DNA of 64,000 nucleotides, from the NCBI RefSeq assembly GCF_009914755.1, contig NC_060925.1; one strand, written 5' to 3'. Shown one piece after another: positions 37,182 to 52,426 of this stretch (within the stretch, counting starts at the first letter, position 1; every line of letters starts with the position of its first letter). Position numbers and translations under genes: made by a program. The DNA comes from the human T2T-CHM13v2.0 reference genome, Homo sapiens. The notes below the pieces were generated by a model. The model made no database searches. It was given only the letters and a program-made list of their open reading frames with translations, and was not told the DNA's origin.

Positions 37182-39152
37182 TGATTAAAAGGCTCTGCCT
37201 TAGATATAGTTAAAAAATCTTTCTGAAAACCAAAATTTCTAGAAACCAAAATTTGGCATACAGTTTTTAAATTTGGCAATTAAATAGTCTAAGGACATCA
37301 GAAACTGGTAGATACTAAAGTGACCTGATTTATAGGATTTGTCAATATATTGTAGCTACGTTATTAATCATCTTGAGTGTTTTTAGATGGAATATTAAAA
37401 CTACTCTGACAAATTAGATTATAGGGAATTGTAGCACTGAAGAAATTTGCTCAATGAAAGTTTCTTCTGCTATTATAATGTGTGCTTAACCCACCTGGAA
37501 TTCTTTTGTTTCGTACTAAAAGTTTACGTTTTACATTTAGCTTATGAGATCCTAGATGCTAGAAACTAATTTATTAGGGTGGAAAATAAACATTAGTTGT
37601 TAATGAGGGAGTAATTACAAGTAATCTCAAAACCTTTCAAGCCTTTGTTTCCCCACCCTTTTCATGAATTTTCTAAACATGTGCTAATAAAAGTTTATCT
37701 GTTTTTACTTATTCTTACACTGTAATGGAAATACTAATGAGCAATGGAATAATGGAATAAAAAGAGATAGAAGAAAGGACCACAAGGAAGGTCATTTCAG
37801 TATTAGGGGATAGGTTGTATCTTCTAATTTATTAAGTGTAGTATTACATGGTAACTTAATGTACAACAGTTTTAAATTATTTTCTCATTTCTTTCCTAAG
37901 TATTATTGCTTTCTATTTATTGAAGACTAACAATATATTAATTTTCTGCACTTTTAGATAATTAGGACACTTGGCTGCTGTACTAGCCTGGAATACAGGC
38001 AGATTGTGTATTTTCACTTTCTTTTATTAATTACTTTAGTGGCACAGATAATTAAGATTTAATTATGTAGGATAGTGCCTAGAACATAGACCTTTTTAGG
38101 AATAAGTTGTATTTTAGGGATTAGAAGGCTTTTCTCTCTGGGCAATATAATTAGAAATTTAAACTAGCAACATACATATATTACAGTGTACACCTTTACA
38201 TTCAAATAACTCTTGGCCATATACTATATTTTAAATATTTTCATGGGCTAAGAATCCAAAATGGTAGGAATCATAGCCTAATGCACTAACTTTATAGCCA
38301 CAAAAATAAAAAGGAATATCTTTTATATAAGGTTGAGAAATACTTTCATTGCTTTGGCCTTTTTCATTGTGAATAGTTATTATCTTTTTAGTTCTTATGG
38401 ATAAAAGAGCAGAGGGAAAAAACCTAGGCTCCCTGTATTTAAACTATTCAAGGTTTATGCACAATCTGTGTTTTCACAAGGATTACAGAGAAAAACAGAT
38501 TCTTAAAAAACTAAGATTTTGTTAATGTTTACCTCATCCCAGGCAATGTTCTTTTTGGGTGCTTAATATATAATATCTCATATAGTTGACTATGCATTAA
38601 TTTTTATATGAATTCTTTTATATATTAAATCAATTAAAAACCTTATTTACGTTTCCTCTTAATAGAGGTTGGAAAACATTGGTCACCTGTATTACTTGAA
38701 AGCAGCCTCTTAGGTACTTGTAGGTCTTTAAAGTTTGCTTCTGAGTCTTTGCCTCTCTGACCCAAACATTTCTATTCCTTTAGCTTTTTGTATAGGTCTT
38801 ATTTTTCAGATACTTTAATCATCTATGCTGTTTTCTGTTGGAACTTCTCCCAAGTCTTTTTAATGGTGAAGACCAGAATTCTATGTTTTATGTTAACTCC
38901 CTTAGGAAAGACATGGTCAGAACTCAGTAGAATAGTAAGATTACACTCCTCAATTCCCTATACTTTTTAGTTATCTTTCACTTTTTAGGGTATTTTTGGT
39001 GTACAGAAGTAGAAGGACTAGCCATACATTGAACATAGTTGAAGTTTGTCATTTTATTAGTGAACTGAATTCACTGGTGAAGTGCCTGTTTTTCTTTGCA
39101 ACACTGTTTCTTAGATTCTTGGAGCAAGTTATTTGTATAGAAGACCATAGAA

Positions 39153-39558
<406 letters not shown>

Positions 39559-39776
39559 TCATTCAGTAAGCATCTATTGTGTGTCAAGCATTTTTGTAAA
39601 CATTGAGGGTAAAGTAATGAACTAAGCAAAATCCCTTACATCCTAGCAGAGAAGAACAAAATAATAATAAAATAATTGGCATATATTCTATGTTACGGTG
39701 TGATACATTTTTTAAAATGTAGGATGGAGTAAATAGAGAGTGACACTGGGACAGGATAAATTTTATAGAAGCATAA

Positions 39777-40175
<399 letters not shown>

Positions 40176-40702
40176 TAAGTAACTTTTTGTCATCATCTCT
40201 TTAGTGGTGCTAAGTTGGCGGCATAACAGCATTTTGCTGCTAATTTTGACTGATCACCTAATGTTTACTGTGTCAGGTAAATGATGTAGATGAAAACTAT
40301 GAAAGAATTTATATGTGGTATTTGTGAATGGCACAGGTTTCAATTATATATATGGTTCAATTATATATATGGTTTAGAGAATTCAGTTTGAGAGAATTAG
40401 AGAATTCAGTCTGATTTGTAGCTTGATGTCATAAAAGTCTCCCATAGGACAGGCTATTACTCTGAAAACTATTAAGCCTTAAACCCTATATTTCTGATGA
40501 AGATCTTAAGAAGGGAGAGTAAATAGGCTAATGCATGCCACATTTGGCTCATGTTTAATGTTTAACCTGATCCCACCTTATGGTGGAATCTTCAGGGATT
40601 TGCATAAAGATTTGGAGTCTATAATTCCATACCATCAACCTATACTCTGCATTCTCTTCATCTCAAGACATGCTGCTTAAAAAAAAAAAAAAAAAAAAAA
40701 AA

Positions 40703-40830
40703 AGCCAGGCATGGTGGCTTACACCTTACCAGCACGTTAGGATGCTGAGGCGGGTGCATAGCTTGAGCCTGGGAGTTCGAGACCAGCCTGGGCAACGTGG
40801 TGAAACTCTGTCTCTAAAAATAAATAAATA
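40703..40830 (+). mobile_element. FLAM/Alu monomer
   Basis: Single left arm; flanking repeat TCAAGACATGCTGCT. Confidence 0.8.
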
Positions 40831-42410
40831 TATATATTTTTAAATCAAGACATGCTGCTACATTTCTATAAAATAAAAGCCATCCTCTTCCTGAGGATCC
40901 AGAATCAAAACAAAGGATCTAGAATCAAAACAAATGCAGGGCTCAAGTTGCATATCCTCCTTAAAGCTTTTCCTACCTATTCCACAGTGATACAGCCCTT
41001 TTCTAAATAGCTCCTGCACTTATAGTCTGTGCCACATAATATAATTTTTGTGTAGTGAATGGGCTTTTTGAGCCATACCATCCCTAATGTCTGTTCATAC
41101 TATACATAGCCCAGTACTGGACATGAAAATAGGCACTGAATGAATTAAGTTGTGCCGTTAATGAAACTGCATAGCAGTCCATGAGACTGTGCTGACTTTT
41201 CAGAGCGCTCTGTGATCAGTTTTGTATATCTTTTTGCACGTGTATACCCCAAAGCAAAATTATCTTTTATCTCTATTGTTGTTTGATTAGAAAATTATCT
41301 ATGAATAAAAACTTAAATTGCTATCAAGTTTTATTTCTTGTTATATCCTTAATTTATGATAAACACAAAATGTTAGGTAACATTAGACCAGATAAGCATC
41401 ACTCCTTTTCCACAGTTGGGCAGAGATACATCAAGCAAAATTGTATTTGCTCAGATCCCCAAACTTTTGTTAGCTGTAGACTGTTACTGAACTCACAGTA
41501 GTAAAAATGTGTTGTTACTTGGTGAATGATAAGGCCTAGATCTGGTAGTGCTTTTGTTTGCTCTAAGGTCTATTAATTTAATGTAGCAATCTTTCTTTTC
41601 CCTTTTTCTTTTCTAACTTCTACATCAACCTAACTGGCTACCTAAATGTTCATTGAATGACTGTTTTTGCTTTGGGATAGAATCCTCCTTTTTTATTTTT
41701 AGGGTGTTAAATTGATATAGTATTGTTTAATAGCTAATAAGATACATTTTGGGCTAAGTTTCTGCTTTTTATAGCTATTAGGTTACAATAAAAAAAAACT
41801 TTAGTCATATTTGCCTTTCTCCTTGAAAGCAGGTATGATAGTGACAAGCTGAACCAAATATTTAATTCTGATTTGTGGTAGCAAGTGAACATTTGCTATT
41901 ACTTGTAGGTTGCTTGGCACTTTTATAGAAGGCCTGCTATGACTTCTAGTTTATTTGCTGTGGTTGGTACACAGACATTTCTTCCCTAGCCCTGTACTTA
42001 CGTAATTTGGTTCATTATTTCTCAAGTGTGGATAGGATATGCCTGGTTTTGATTTAATTAGTTTTCCCACTGTAGTTTTATAGAAAGACCAGAAGTTTTT
42101 CTTTTCCTTTCTTTTTAAAAATTAATGATACACTGCCTGTTTTATCTGGAGGTTGTTGACTCTGCATTTAAGAAACTCTGTAGTGATTAAATTGAGGTAG
42201 GTAGTAGTCCACTGGGAAGGAACATCTTCCTAGTGAGTATGGATTACAAAATAGGAATATATTTAATTAAGAAATATTTAATTTTATAGGCATTGTCCTT
42301 ATTTTCTAGCTCCTGTAATTTAACGTTTTGCATCAAGTTATGTAAAGCAATAAATAAATCTCAAAGTTTATCAGCTTAGGAAACCAAATGGTGAATATAT
42401 AGTTTCTAGG

Positions 42411-42711
42411 TTTGTTTGTTTATTTATTTATTTATTTTTCAGACAGAGTCTCACTCTGTTGCCCAGGCTGGAGTGCAGTGGTACGGCACAGTCACGGCTA
42501 ACTGCAGCCTTGACCTCCAGACTCAAGCAGTCTTCCTACCTCAGCCTCCCAGTAGCTGGGACAACAGACATACGCCACCATGCCTGGCTAATTTTTTGAT
42601 TATTTGTATAGACAGCGGTCTCACCATGTTGTCCAGGGTGGCCTCAAACTCCTGGGCTCAAGGGATTCTCCCACCTCAGCTTCCTAAAGTGTGTTGGGAG
42701 TACAGGTGTGA
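42411..42711 (-). mobile_element. AluJ
   Basis: ctgcagccttgacctcc J-type. Confidence 0.88.
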
Positions 42712-42874
42712 ATTTTTAAAAAAAATTTTTTTTATCAACTCATTACATTTTATAATGAGATCTGAAATCTCCCCACTAAGTTGGTAAGAAAAGGTGTGTT
42801 TTTAATATGAAGTGATTATTTAGGGTAATATTCTGTAGCCATCATCTTAGCCTTTATTTGACTTTCTCTCATAG

Positions 42875-42967
42875 TTGGTATATGAATTCTTCTTGAGATT
42901 TTTGGAGAGCCCTGATTTCCAGCCTAGCATTGCAAAACGATACATTGATCAGAAATTTGTACAACAG
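42875..42967 (+). CDS. PPP2R5A: PPP2R5A exon 4 (93 nt) [31 protein letters not shown]
   Basis: ctctcatag|TTG...CAG|gtaagg. Confidence 0.97.
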
Positions 42968-43598
42968 GTAAGGAACTCTTTTGTCTTAGATTCTCATATA
43001 TTCATCTTAGCAATGATTTATTAACTTATTATTAAAATAGTGTAGTCTTTCAAAACTTTAATGGTTTAATTTGACAGCACTTAATATTACTGCCAAACCA
43101 TTAGAATAAAAGTGAAGTTAGCTCTGAGAGTACAAGAGTATTTTTATCAAGGGTGAGAGTCTAATGAAGTCAATCAAATTATCCTATTTAATCCTAAATT
43201 ATCATAGTTATTTTATAAATACCAGAAAAACAAGCCTTTCTGCAGTATCTGAGAAAATGTGGTATGACCATTCAATCCATGGGCAAATCTTTGTTTTACA
43301 TTTGTAAGTCTTTGAACTTGACATATATTTTAAGCATTGGGACTTTGAAATGACGGGGGAAAAAAGGAGTAGAATCATTGTGAGGAATTTGGGCTTTAGG
43401 CTCCTTTCCTAAGTATCAATTACCTTTTCCTTTTTCTTTCCTCTTTGCACCTAAGCCCCACCACCCAATTCCTAAACCACAGATAAAGTGGAATCATTAA
43501 GAACGTAAGGAGGTAGAATTAATTGTGATGCCTTCTTTTTTTTTTATAAACTGCTTATTAGCTGTTATTTTTGGAACCTACATATTCACCATTTCTAA

Positions 43599-43938
<340 letters not shown>

Positions 43939-44649
43939 AAAGGCCCCTTTTTAACTATATGGAATTGGCTGGCCCCAAAGAAAATTGTGAAGTAGACCAA
44001 ACCTTTCTAGGCATTTCTAGGCCTGAGTATGCAGGCCTCTTTAGGAATTTGATGCTGAGGCCAGGATTAAAATCATTGCAAGGACCTTTCCTACCCTTCA
44101 GACCGCTTTGTATGTGCCCTATGATAAAAATTCTACTAATGTGAGTTTGGTATATTTAGAGCTGATCTTTGGTCATTCATAACTACCCTTGACCTCATAT
44201 AAAGTATTCTGACCTGTTGCTGTGAAGGATTGATAAATGAAGAACATTGTCAGCCTAAAATATTTCCTTCAACCATTGAAGTAGCTCTTCATAAACTATA
44301 AAGAAATATTAGGTGTGTATTAACAGTAACATATACATTTTAATCATGACTAAAAATTACATTAAATGGAGTTATGTTATTTTGGTAATTGCAAATGAAT
44401 GCCTGTTTATTTCCTTGTGCAGCTCTTGTGTGGGATACATTAGGGAGCTCTAGTAATGCCATATGAAATTGTATTTAATACAGTAACAGGTTGAGGGGAA
44501 CAATTGCCTTAGTGCTTTGTTAGTCTAGAGCTTGAGGTATTTAAGCTGCTGTATTATTTTGTGGTGTGAGGGGAGCAAAAAGAAAACTGGTGGGGCAGGA
44601 TCTGTTTTCTACCTTCTACTTTAAATGCTTGAATTATCTGAGAAGCTAG

Positions 44650-44959
<310 letters not shown>

Positions 44960-45541
44960 TGCCATTTTTAATTAGAATAATTTGATGTGAACTTATTAGA
45001 TATATTAACAAAAATTCTCATACTCCGTAGATATTTTTTGCTGGAGTCTCATGAGGGCCTTAACAGCCTAGCAAACAAAGAATGGAAACTATAAGTATGG
45101 CAGTTGTTTTGGGAGATATAAATATGATTTAAGTCATCCACTCTGGTTTCAGATGCATGTGTTAGCAATTGTATATAATTCAAAACAAAATGGAATAAGA
45201 ACTTCTGATGAGGTTCAGAGCTTGCTATCTTTATTGTAATTATAAACACGAAAGTTCAGAACATAAAATTCCTTGACAGCTTTACAGATACTTGTACTCT
45301 AGAGAGAGTATTTTATATTTTTCTAAGAAAATCCAATGTTTAAAATACAGTGTTTTTTTTGACAGAAGAAATTAAGTTTCTTTACCATTTTAAATGGAAA
45401 TTTGAGATTTTGACTTTAACTTTTTCTAAAGTCTCTTCTCTCAGGTTTTGCTGAAAAGTTGTGCAGAATATAGGAGTACACTGATTGGGCCAATTGAGGT
45501 ATAGGAGAGTGCTGACTGTGGAACTGGTTTAAAATTTTTCA

Positions 45542-45869
<328 letters not shown>

Positions 45870-46491
45870 ATTTGGCCTCATCTTTTAGTCCAGTGTTATT
45901 TTATATATGATTTCTACTCTATTAGTATGTATCTGCCAATATTTTATTCTAATAACTGAATGTTAATTTTTCAAATGTCTGCATGGTAACTGTCTTGAAT
46001 TTATTGTAAATTCACAAAAAGAAGTCTTAGTATATGTACATCTTTCTAGTAAACTAGAAATATACATTTACACATGGATCTTTTTAAGACTATTTGATGA
46101 CTTGCAATCTAAAAACTTAAACGATTTTCTATGTAGTTTTGACGATCAAAAAGCATTAAAAATCCCAAATTTTAACACTCCAAAATTGTGAGCCTCTTTA
46201 GTATTCAAGAGTAGGATTGAATTTTAAAATCAGTGGGAAGGTAAAGAAAAATCCACTTTTTGAAATATTTATATTTATTGTAAATGTCATATTTTGAAGT
46301 GAAATAAGTGAGAAGAAATATTTCCTAAGCTTTTCCTCACCTTCATTACTTAGCAAGAATAAAGTCAGTGTGGTAAGGAAGAACTCTAAAAAATTTTTAA
46401 AAGATGTCATGGATAATCTTTAAGATCAAAATTAGAATAAAGCTTTAGCTCGATTATTTTTTAAAAGTAATTTCTCAGGTTTCTTTTAAAG

Positions 46492-46622
46492 CTCCTGGAG
46501 CTTTTTGATAGTGAAGATCCCAGAGAACGTGACTTCCTGAAGACTGTTCTGCACCGAATTTATGGGAAATTTCTTGGATTAAGAGCATTCATCAGAAAAC
46601 AAATTAACAACATTTTCCTCAG
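46492..46622 (+). CDS. PPP2R5A: PPP2R5A exon 5 (131 nt) [44 protein letters not shown]
   Basis: ttcttttaaag|CTC...CTCAG|gtaaat. Confidence 0.96.
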
Positions 46623-46685
46623 GTAAATTAATCATTTATTGTATATTGCACCTTTTCCTCCTACATATCTTCTTGTATTCAAGTT

Positions 46686-47035
46686 CTTTTATTTTTATTT
46701 GTTTTTTTGAGACAGGGTCTCACTCTGTCATCCAGGCTGGAGTGCAGTGGTGAGAACATAGCTCATTGTAGCCCCCATCTCCCAGACTCAAGCAATCTTC
46801 CTCTCTCAGCCTGCCAAGTAGTGAGACTACAGGTGTGCACCACCACGCCTGGGTAATTTTTTTGACTTTTAGTAGAGACAAGGTCTATGTACTGTATGTA
46901 CGTAGTATATATATGTAACATATATATGTAACATAGTATATATGTGTAACATATATATGTAACGTAGTATATATGTAACATACTATGTATGTTGCCCAGG
47001 CTGGTCTTGAACTCCTGAACTCAAGCAGTCCTCTT
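46686..47035 (-). mobile_element. AluJ containing an AT-rich minisatellite
   Basis: Alu arms interrupted at ~46885-46988. Confidence 0.85.
46885..46988. repeat. (TATATATGTAACA)-type minisatellite
   Basis: About five variant units TA(TA)nTGTAAC(A/G). Confidence 0.85.
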
Positions 47036-47057
47036 ATATGGGGCCTATCATTTGCTT

Positions 47058-47340
47058 GTAGTCATCCCTCAGTATCTGGGGAGGATTGATTCCAGGGCCC
47101 CTGCTAATAGCAGAATCCAAAGTCCCTTATATAAAATGGCACAGTATTTGCATATAACGTCCACACATCCTCCTGTATACTTTATTTCTAGATTACTTAC
47201 AATACTTAATACAGTGTGAATGCTGTGCAAATAGATGTTATTCTATATTTTAAATTTGTATTTATTTTTCAAAAATATTTTTGATCTGTAGTTGGTTGAA
47301 TGCACAGATAATGAAACCTGCGGATACAGGGCCAAGTGTA
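47058..47340. mobile_element. MER2-like MITE (opposite orientation to the 19353 copy)
   Basis: gtcatccctcagtatc...aagtcccttatataaaatggcacagtatttgcatataac...ttggttgaat. Confidence 0.7.
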
Positions 47341-48035
47341 CTTTATAAATATTAATCTGTTAAGTAGTTGCTTCAGATCAGGAGATTTCATAACAACACC
47401 CACATTCAAGGTTTGGTTTGTTTAATTAATTGAAGATCTGGCAAAATTTGGTTACTATTCCCACATTGCAACAATTAGAGATGAGTAATATCTGCCTCCT
47501 CTAGAGTGAATATCTTTCTCCAGTTCTCTGTCATCACTTCCTAAGCCCATTTCAAATATCTGCCCTATTATATTTATGTCTCCCTGCTTTAAAGGCAGCC
47601 CTAATCTTGGAAAGCTATGCAGCCTATATAGTTAGAGGTGTAAAGAAATTCTGATTAAAAATGGCTTTATTACATATGGGTCTTTTTCTCTTGGATTTCC
47701 CTATAATTAGAGGTTTCTTATTTTAAAAAGTATTTCTTTGAGGAAACTTATCTTTCTTATTAATTATTAAGTTGAATATTCCAGGTGAAATGACAATCTG
47801 TTATCTTCACATATGGCGAGTTTTGGCAAAGGCATATGTAGTTCAGTAGGAAACATCTTCTTTTTTAAGATTGATATGAATTAACTGTTTGGGGCAAAAC
47901 TGCTTATAAGACCCAAAACATGCTTGTGTGTTTCTAATAGCTGTCCTTTGGATTGATTTCTTCACCCTCCTGCCTGTTTCTCTTAGTTTTCTGAAGTTTG
48001 ATTTTGATTACATCTTGTCTTTATTTTAAATTCAG

Positions 48036-48095
48036 GTTTATATATGAAACAGAACATTTCAATGGTGTTGCTGAACTTCTTGAAATATTAGGAAG
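48036..48095 (+). CDS. PPP2R5A: PPP2R5A exon 6 (60 nt) [20 protein letters not shown]
   Basis: aattcag|GTTT...GGAAG|gtaggt. Confidence 0.97.
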
Positions 48096-48162
48096 GTAGG
48101 TCAGGTTTTTTTGTTCTTTTTAAGAATTAAGTAAGTGAATGTTTTATGTATTAAAATCTTAG

Positions 48163-48562
<400 letters not shown>

Positions 48563-49077
48563 TAACACTTTGCCTTCCTTATTCACTACGTATTAGTATT
48601 AAGAGAATTTTAGACCCTTCTGTTACTATTTAGACAATGATTTTAGTTTCCTTTATTAATAGTAGAAAATGATTGTGGAGAGAACTACTTCTTTCACGTT
48701 ATCCAACAAAGTAAGAAAAATTACCCATTTACTTCAGAAAAATATTGAACGTTCTAACAATATTGTGGTACTGACTCTCCTGGAGCTTTGGGGGCAAAAA
48801 TAAAAGCAACAATGCATAAAGTGACAGGTTTGATAGAAAATGAAGATAGAAATTACTTGGGAATTAATTGACAGTCCTAATTTTCTTTTGGAATCATCAA
48901 ATGACTTAGAGGAACAGACTTCATAGTAATAGTCTTCCTAAAGTAGTTTGAAGATGAGCAGTCATACAACACCAGGATTGAAGCAGAGCACTGTTCCTTA
49001 TGTACTCATGGATATGACAGCTTTTAGAAACAAAGTAGTAACTACTTAACCCTTCCCCTGCCTTTTTTTCCCTCCAG

Positions 49078-49186
49078 TATTATCAATGGCTTTGCATTGC
49101 CACTGAAAGCAGAACATAAACAATTTCTAATGAAGGTTCTTATTCCTATGCATACTGCAAAAGGATTAGCTTTGTTTCATGCTCAG
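49078..49186 (+). CDS. PPP2R5A: PPP2R5A exon 7 (109 nt) [36 protein letters not shown]
   Basis: ccctccag|TATT...CAG|gtaagt; overlaps ORF 49097..49336. Confidence 0.97.
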
Positions 49187-49877
49187 GTAAGTTTCAGAAA
49201 CATTTCAGATGAAATGAATATTATTTCAAAGGCCAATATAAAGGCAGAGAAATTGAGAAATACTGAGATGACAGTTTTAAGTATAATTAAGCAATTTGCT
49301 TACAAAATTACCCAAAGCAAATTTTTCTTATTTTAAAGTATTTAGTTGTTAAGTAAGACCAATTATTTAATTTCTATATCTACACTTACAGTTTAAGATA
49401 CACACTTTCCTCATATTATAGTCCAGGTCTTGACCTAATTATGTGACTTTGAATAAATCCCACATATCTACAGAATGTTTCTTCCAGCTGCAATAACCTA
49501 GACCTAGTTAGAGAGATTTTGGTCTCTTCTATTAATATTTAGAGAATAATATATCAGCATAGGTGTACATGTAGAAACATGCTGAAAAACTAAATTGTTA
49601 GCTCTAGTCTTATTTCAGTTAACTTTATAGTCAGAAATTACTACTAAAAATGTTTTTTAAACTTGAAGTTACTTTCAAGGCTAAAAAGTTACACAATTGT
49701 GAGTATAGTTTCACGATTGAGGTATTTCACAATTTCATTCACAGTTGTGAGTATATTTTTATATATTGGAATAATTTATCAAAATGAGGTAGTCTAAAAA
49801 ATATTGGCTAAATATAAAAATCCTACATTATTAAATGTTATCTCACTAATATTTATAAACTGTCCCTTACCTTTTAG

Positions 49878-49931
49878 CTAGCATATTGTGTTGTACAGTT
49901 CCTGGAGAAAGATACAACACTAACAGAGCCA
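49878..49931 (+). CDS. PPP2R5A: PPP2R5A exon 8 (54 nt) LAYCVVQFLEKDTTLTEP
   Basis: ccttttag|CTA...CCA|gtaagt. Confidence 0.96.
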
Positions 49932-50671
49932 GTAAGTGTTCTATTTATTTTCATGTTTTTGGTCTGCATTAATAGCATTTCATTGTAGCTTTCGTTTTAT
50001 AGCCTTTATAGTTATTAAGTAGAATAATGTACGTTAAGCTAAAATCATTTAGAAGAAGAAATGTGAGATTAATCTACATTAAAAGAAGGGGTTAGGAGGG
50101 GAGAGTTCTCGTGAGTTATGTCTTGAATAACCGAAATATAGACTACTATTAATATGTAGTAGTTAAGATGTACGATGATAGGATCAGATGACCACAGTGA
50201 AATTTTATATGCATACTGTCTTCACCAATAATCTTTTAAATCTTCATTCACCTTTTGGAATTAAAGCATACTTCGAGGGTCCCAAAACTACTACTCCCTT
50301 GAATTTTGTTTTGTTTTTAATAATAGAATTTTTGCCACTCATTAACAATAAACCACTTGATAGGGATAGAAAACATTTCCTTGCTTTTGGTGATTAAGAT
50401 ATAAGATGTAATCTTGGAATAAAAGTAGTTTATGAACCAGCAAGGCAACTTAGGCTTTGAATTCTACTGTTATTTGCCTCTAGAATGAAAATTCAGGAGA
50501 GAGTGAAAACATAATTAGTTATGAAAATTTACTGAGGATTCAAGAAAAACAAAAGATGAAGTAGGGTGAAACAGAAAAGTATAAAAGCATAGAAAACATT
50601 TTAACCTTGGTGAAGTAAGTATTTTGAGAGAATGCTTTCTAGGCATGTTCAGTCTAAATATTTACCTAGTA

Positions 50672-50751
50672 TTAGGTTGGTACAAAAGTGATTGCGGCTT
50701 TTGCCATTACTTTTAATGGCAAAAACCACAATCACTTTAGCAGCAACCTAA
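50672..50751. mobile_element. MADE1 (Hsmar1-derived 80-bp MITE)
   Basis: TA|TTAGGTTGGTACAAAAGTGATTGCGG...CCACAATCACTTTAGCAGCAACCTAA|TA; 37-bp TIRs with 6-bp spacer. Confidence 0.93.
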
Positions 50752-51059
50752 TAAATATTTAGTAAATAGCAAAGGGTTTGAAAAACTAAAATATATATGT
50801 ATTTTTACTATATTATGAACCTTCTCAGGCTATCCGTAGGGATGCTTGAAAAAATCATATACTTAGTATTCTCCCTTTCACTTGAACTTTGTGTAATGGA
50901 ACAAAAGACATTTTTCCACTCCTTAATTTTTATTAGTTTTTTGACTTTTAGATTTACAGTCTTTTCTAGAAACAGCTGTAAACAGTTTTTGAAGACAATT
51001 CAGGAGAATTAGAAACCATATATTTGTACATGAAACCACATAAACCTCTGAAGTTGATT

Positions 51060-52426
51060 CCCGGGTGTGCAGTGGCTCACAACTGTAATCCCAGCACTTT
51101 GGGAGGCTGAGGCAGGCAGATAACTTGAGGCCAGGAGTTTGAGACCAGCCTGGCCAACATGGTGAAACCCTGTCTCTAGTTAAAATACAAAAATTAGCTG
51201 GGCATGGTGGCACAGGCCTGTGGTCCCAGCTACTCAGATGGCAAGGGCACAAGAATTGCTTGAATCCAGGAGGCGTAGGTTGCAGTGATCTGAGCTCATA
51301 CCAGTGCACTCCAGCCTGGGCAACAGAGTGAGACTCTGTCTTCAAAAAAAAAAAGAAAAAAGTAAAACCTTAATACAAATCTATGATAACTCCCATTAGA
51401 ATTAAGAAAAAGAAAACCCATAATAACACATATTGAAAAGTCATGGTTCATGCTTGGTAAATAGTATACAAATAAAATTTTATTTAATTAATTTGGGGTG
51501 GATAAGGAAGACAGGTGATTTATTTTTAAAGAATGGAAGATAGAGGCTGGGCATGGTGGTTCATGCCTGTAATCCCAGCACTTTGGGAGGCCGAGGCAGG
51601 CGGATCACCTCAGGTCAGGAGTTCAAGATCAGCCTGATCAACATGGTGAAACCCCATTTCTACTTAAAAAAAAAAAAAAAATTAGCTGGGCATGGTGGCG
51701 TGTGCCTGTAATCTCAGCTACTAGGGAGGCCGAGGCACAAGAATCACTTGAACCCTGGAGGCGGAGGTTACAGTGAGCCGAGATGACACAAAAAAAAAAA
51801 AAAAAAACAAAAAACCTTGACGATTAGGGAGAGGGATGATGGCCAGTTATTCAGCTTTTATCTGGTTTGGCTGAGTTGGGTTAATGAAAATAGGAGCAGG
51901 ATGAGGAGAGAGAGTAAGATAAATACCCAGGTTAAGAAAGGAAAATATTTTCCAACTCATAAAGATCTCTCGATATAGAGATCTTGCAATTTCTAACATA
52001 GGCCATTCCAGCACCAAAATTACGGCCATATTACTTGGGTTTAAGCCTTAATACTAATTTTCTGGAAAGCAGGCATTCCTATCAAAGCTTTCTACAAATT
52101 ATAAGTAGCTCAGAGCTTTTGTTAGTTTATTACTCAAGCCTGTAATCCCAGCACTTTGGGAGGCTGAGGCAGGCAGATCACCTGAGATCAGGAGTTCAAG
52201 ACCAGCCTGGCCAACATGATGAAACCCCATCCCTACTAAAAATACAAAAATTAGCCGGGCGTGATGGCGGGCACCTGTAATCCCAGCTACTTGGGAGACT
52301 GAGGCAGAATTGCTTGAGGCAGGAGAATGGCTTGAACCCAGGAGGGCAGAGGTTGCAGTGAGCCGAGATCACAGCACTGCACTCCAGCCTGGGCAACAGA
52401 GTGAGACTCCGTCTAAAAAGAAAAAA
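51060..52426 (+). mobile_element. Three sense Alus (51060-51361, 51545-51814, 52131-52426)
   Basis: Alu dimers; second is 3'-shortened, third 5'-truncated. Confidence 0.88.

Noticed and set aside
49690-49760. Degenerate repeat containing CAATTGTGAG (lac-operator-like)
   Set aside because: Short match in a local low-complexity duplication; no biological basis in a primate intron.
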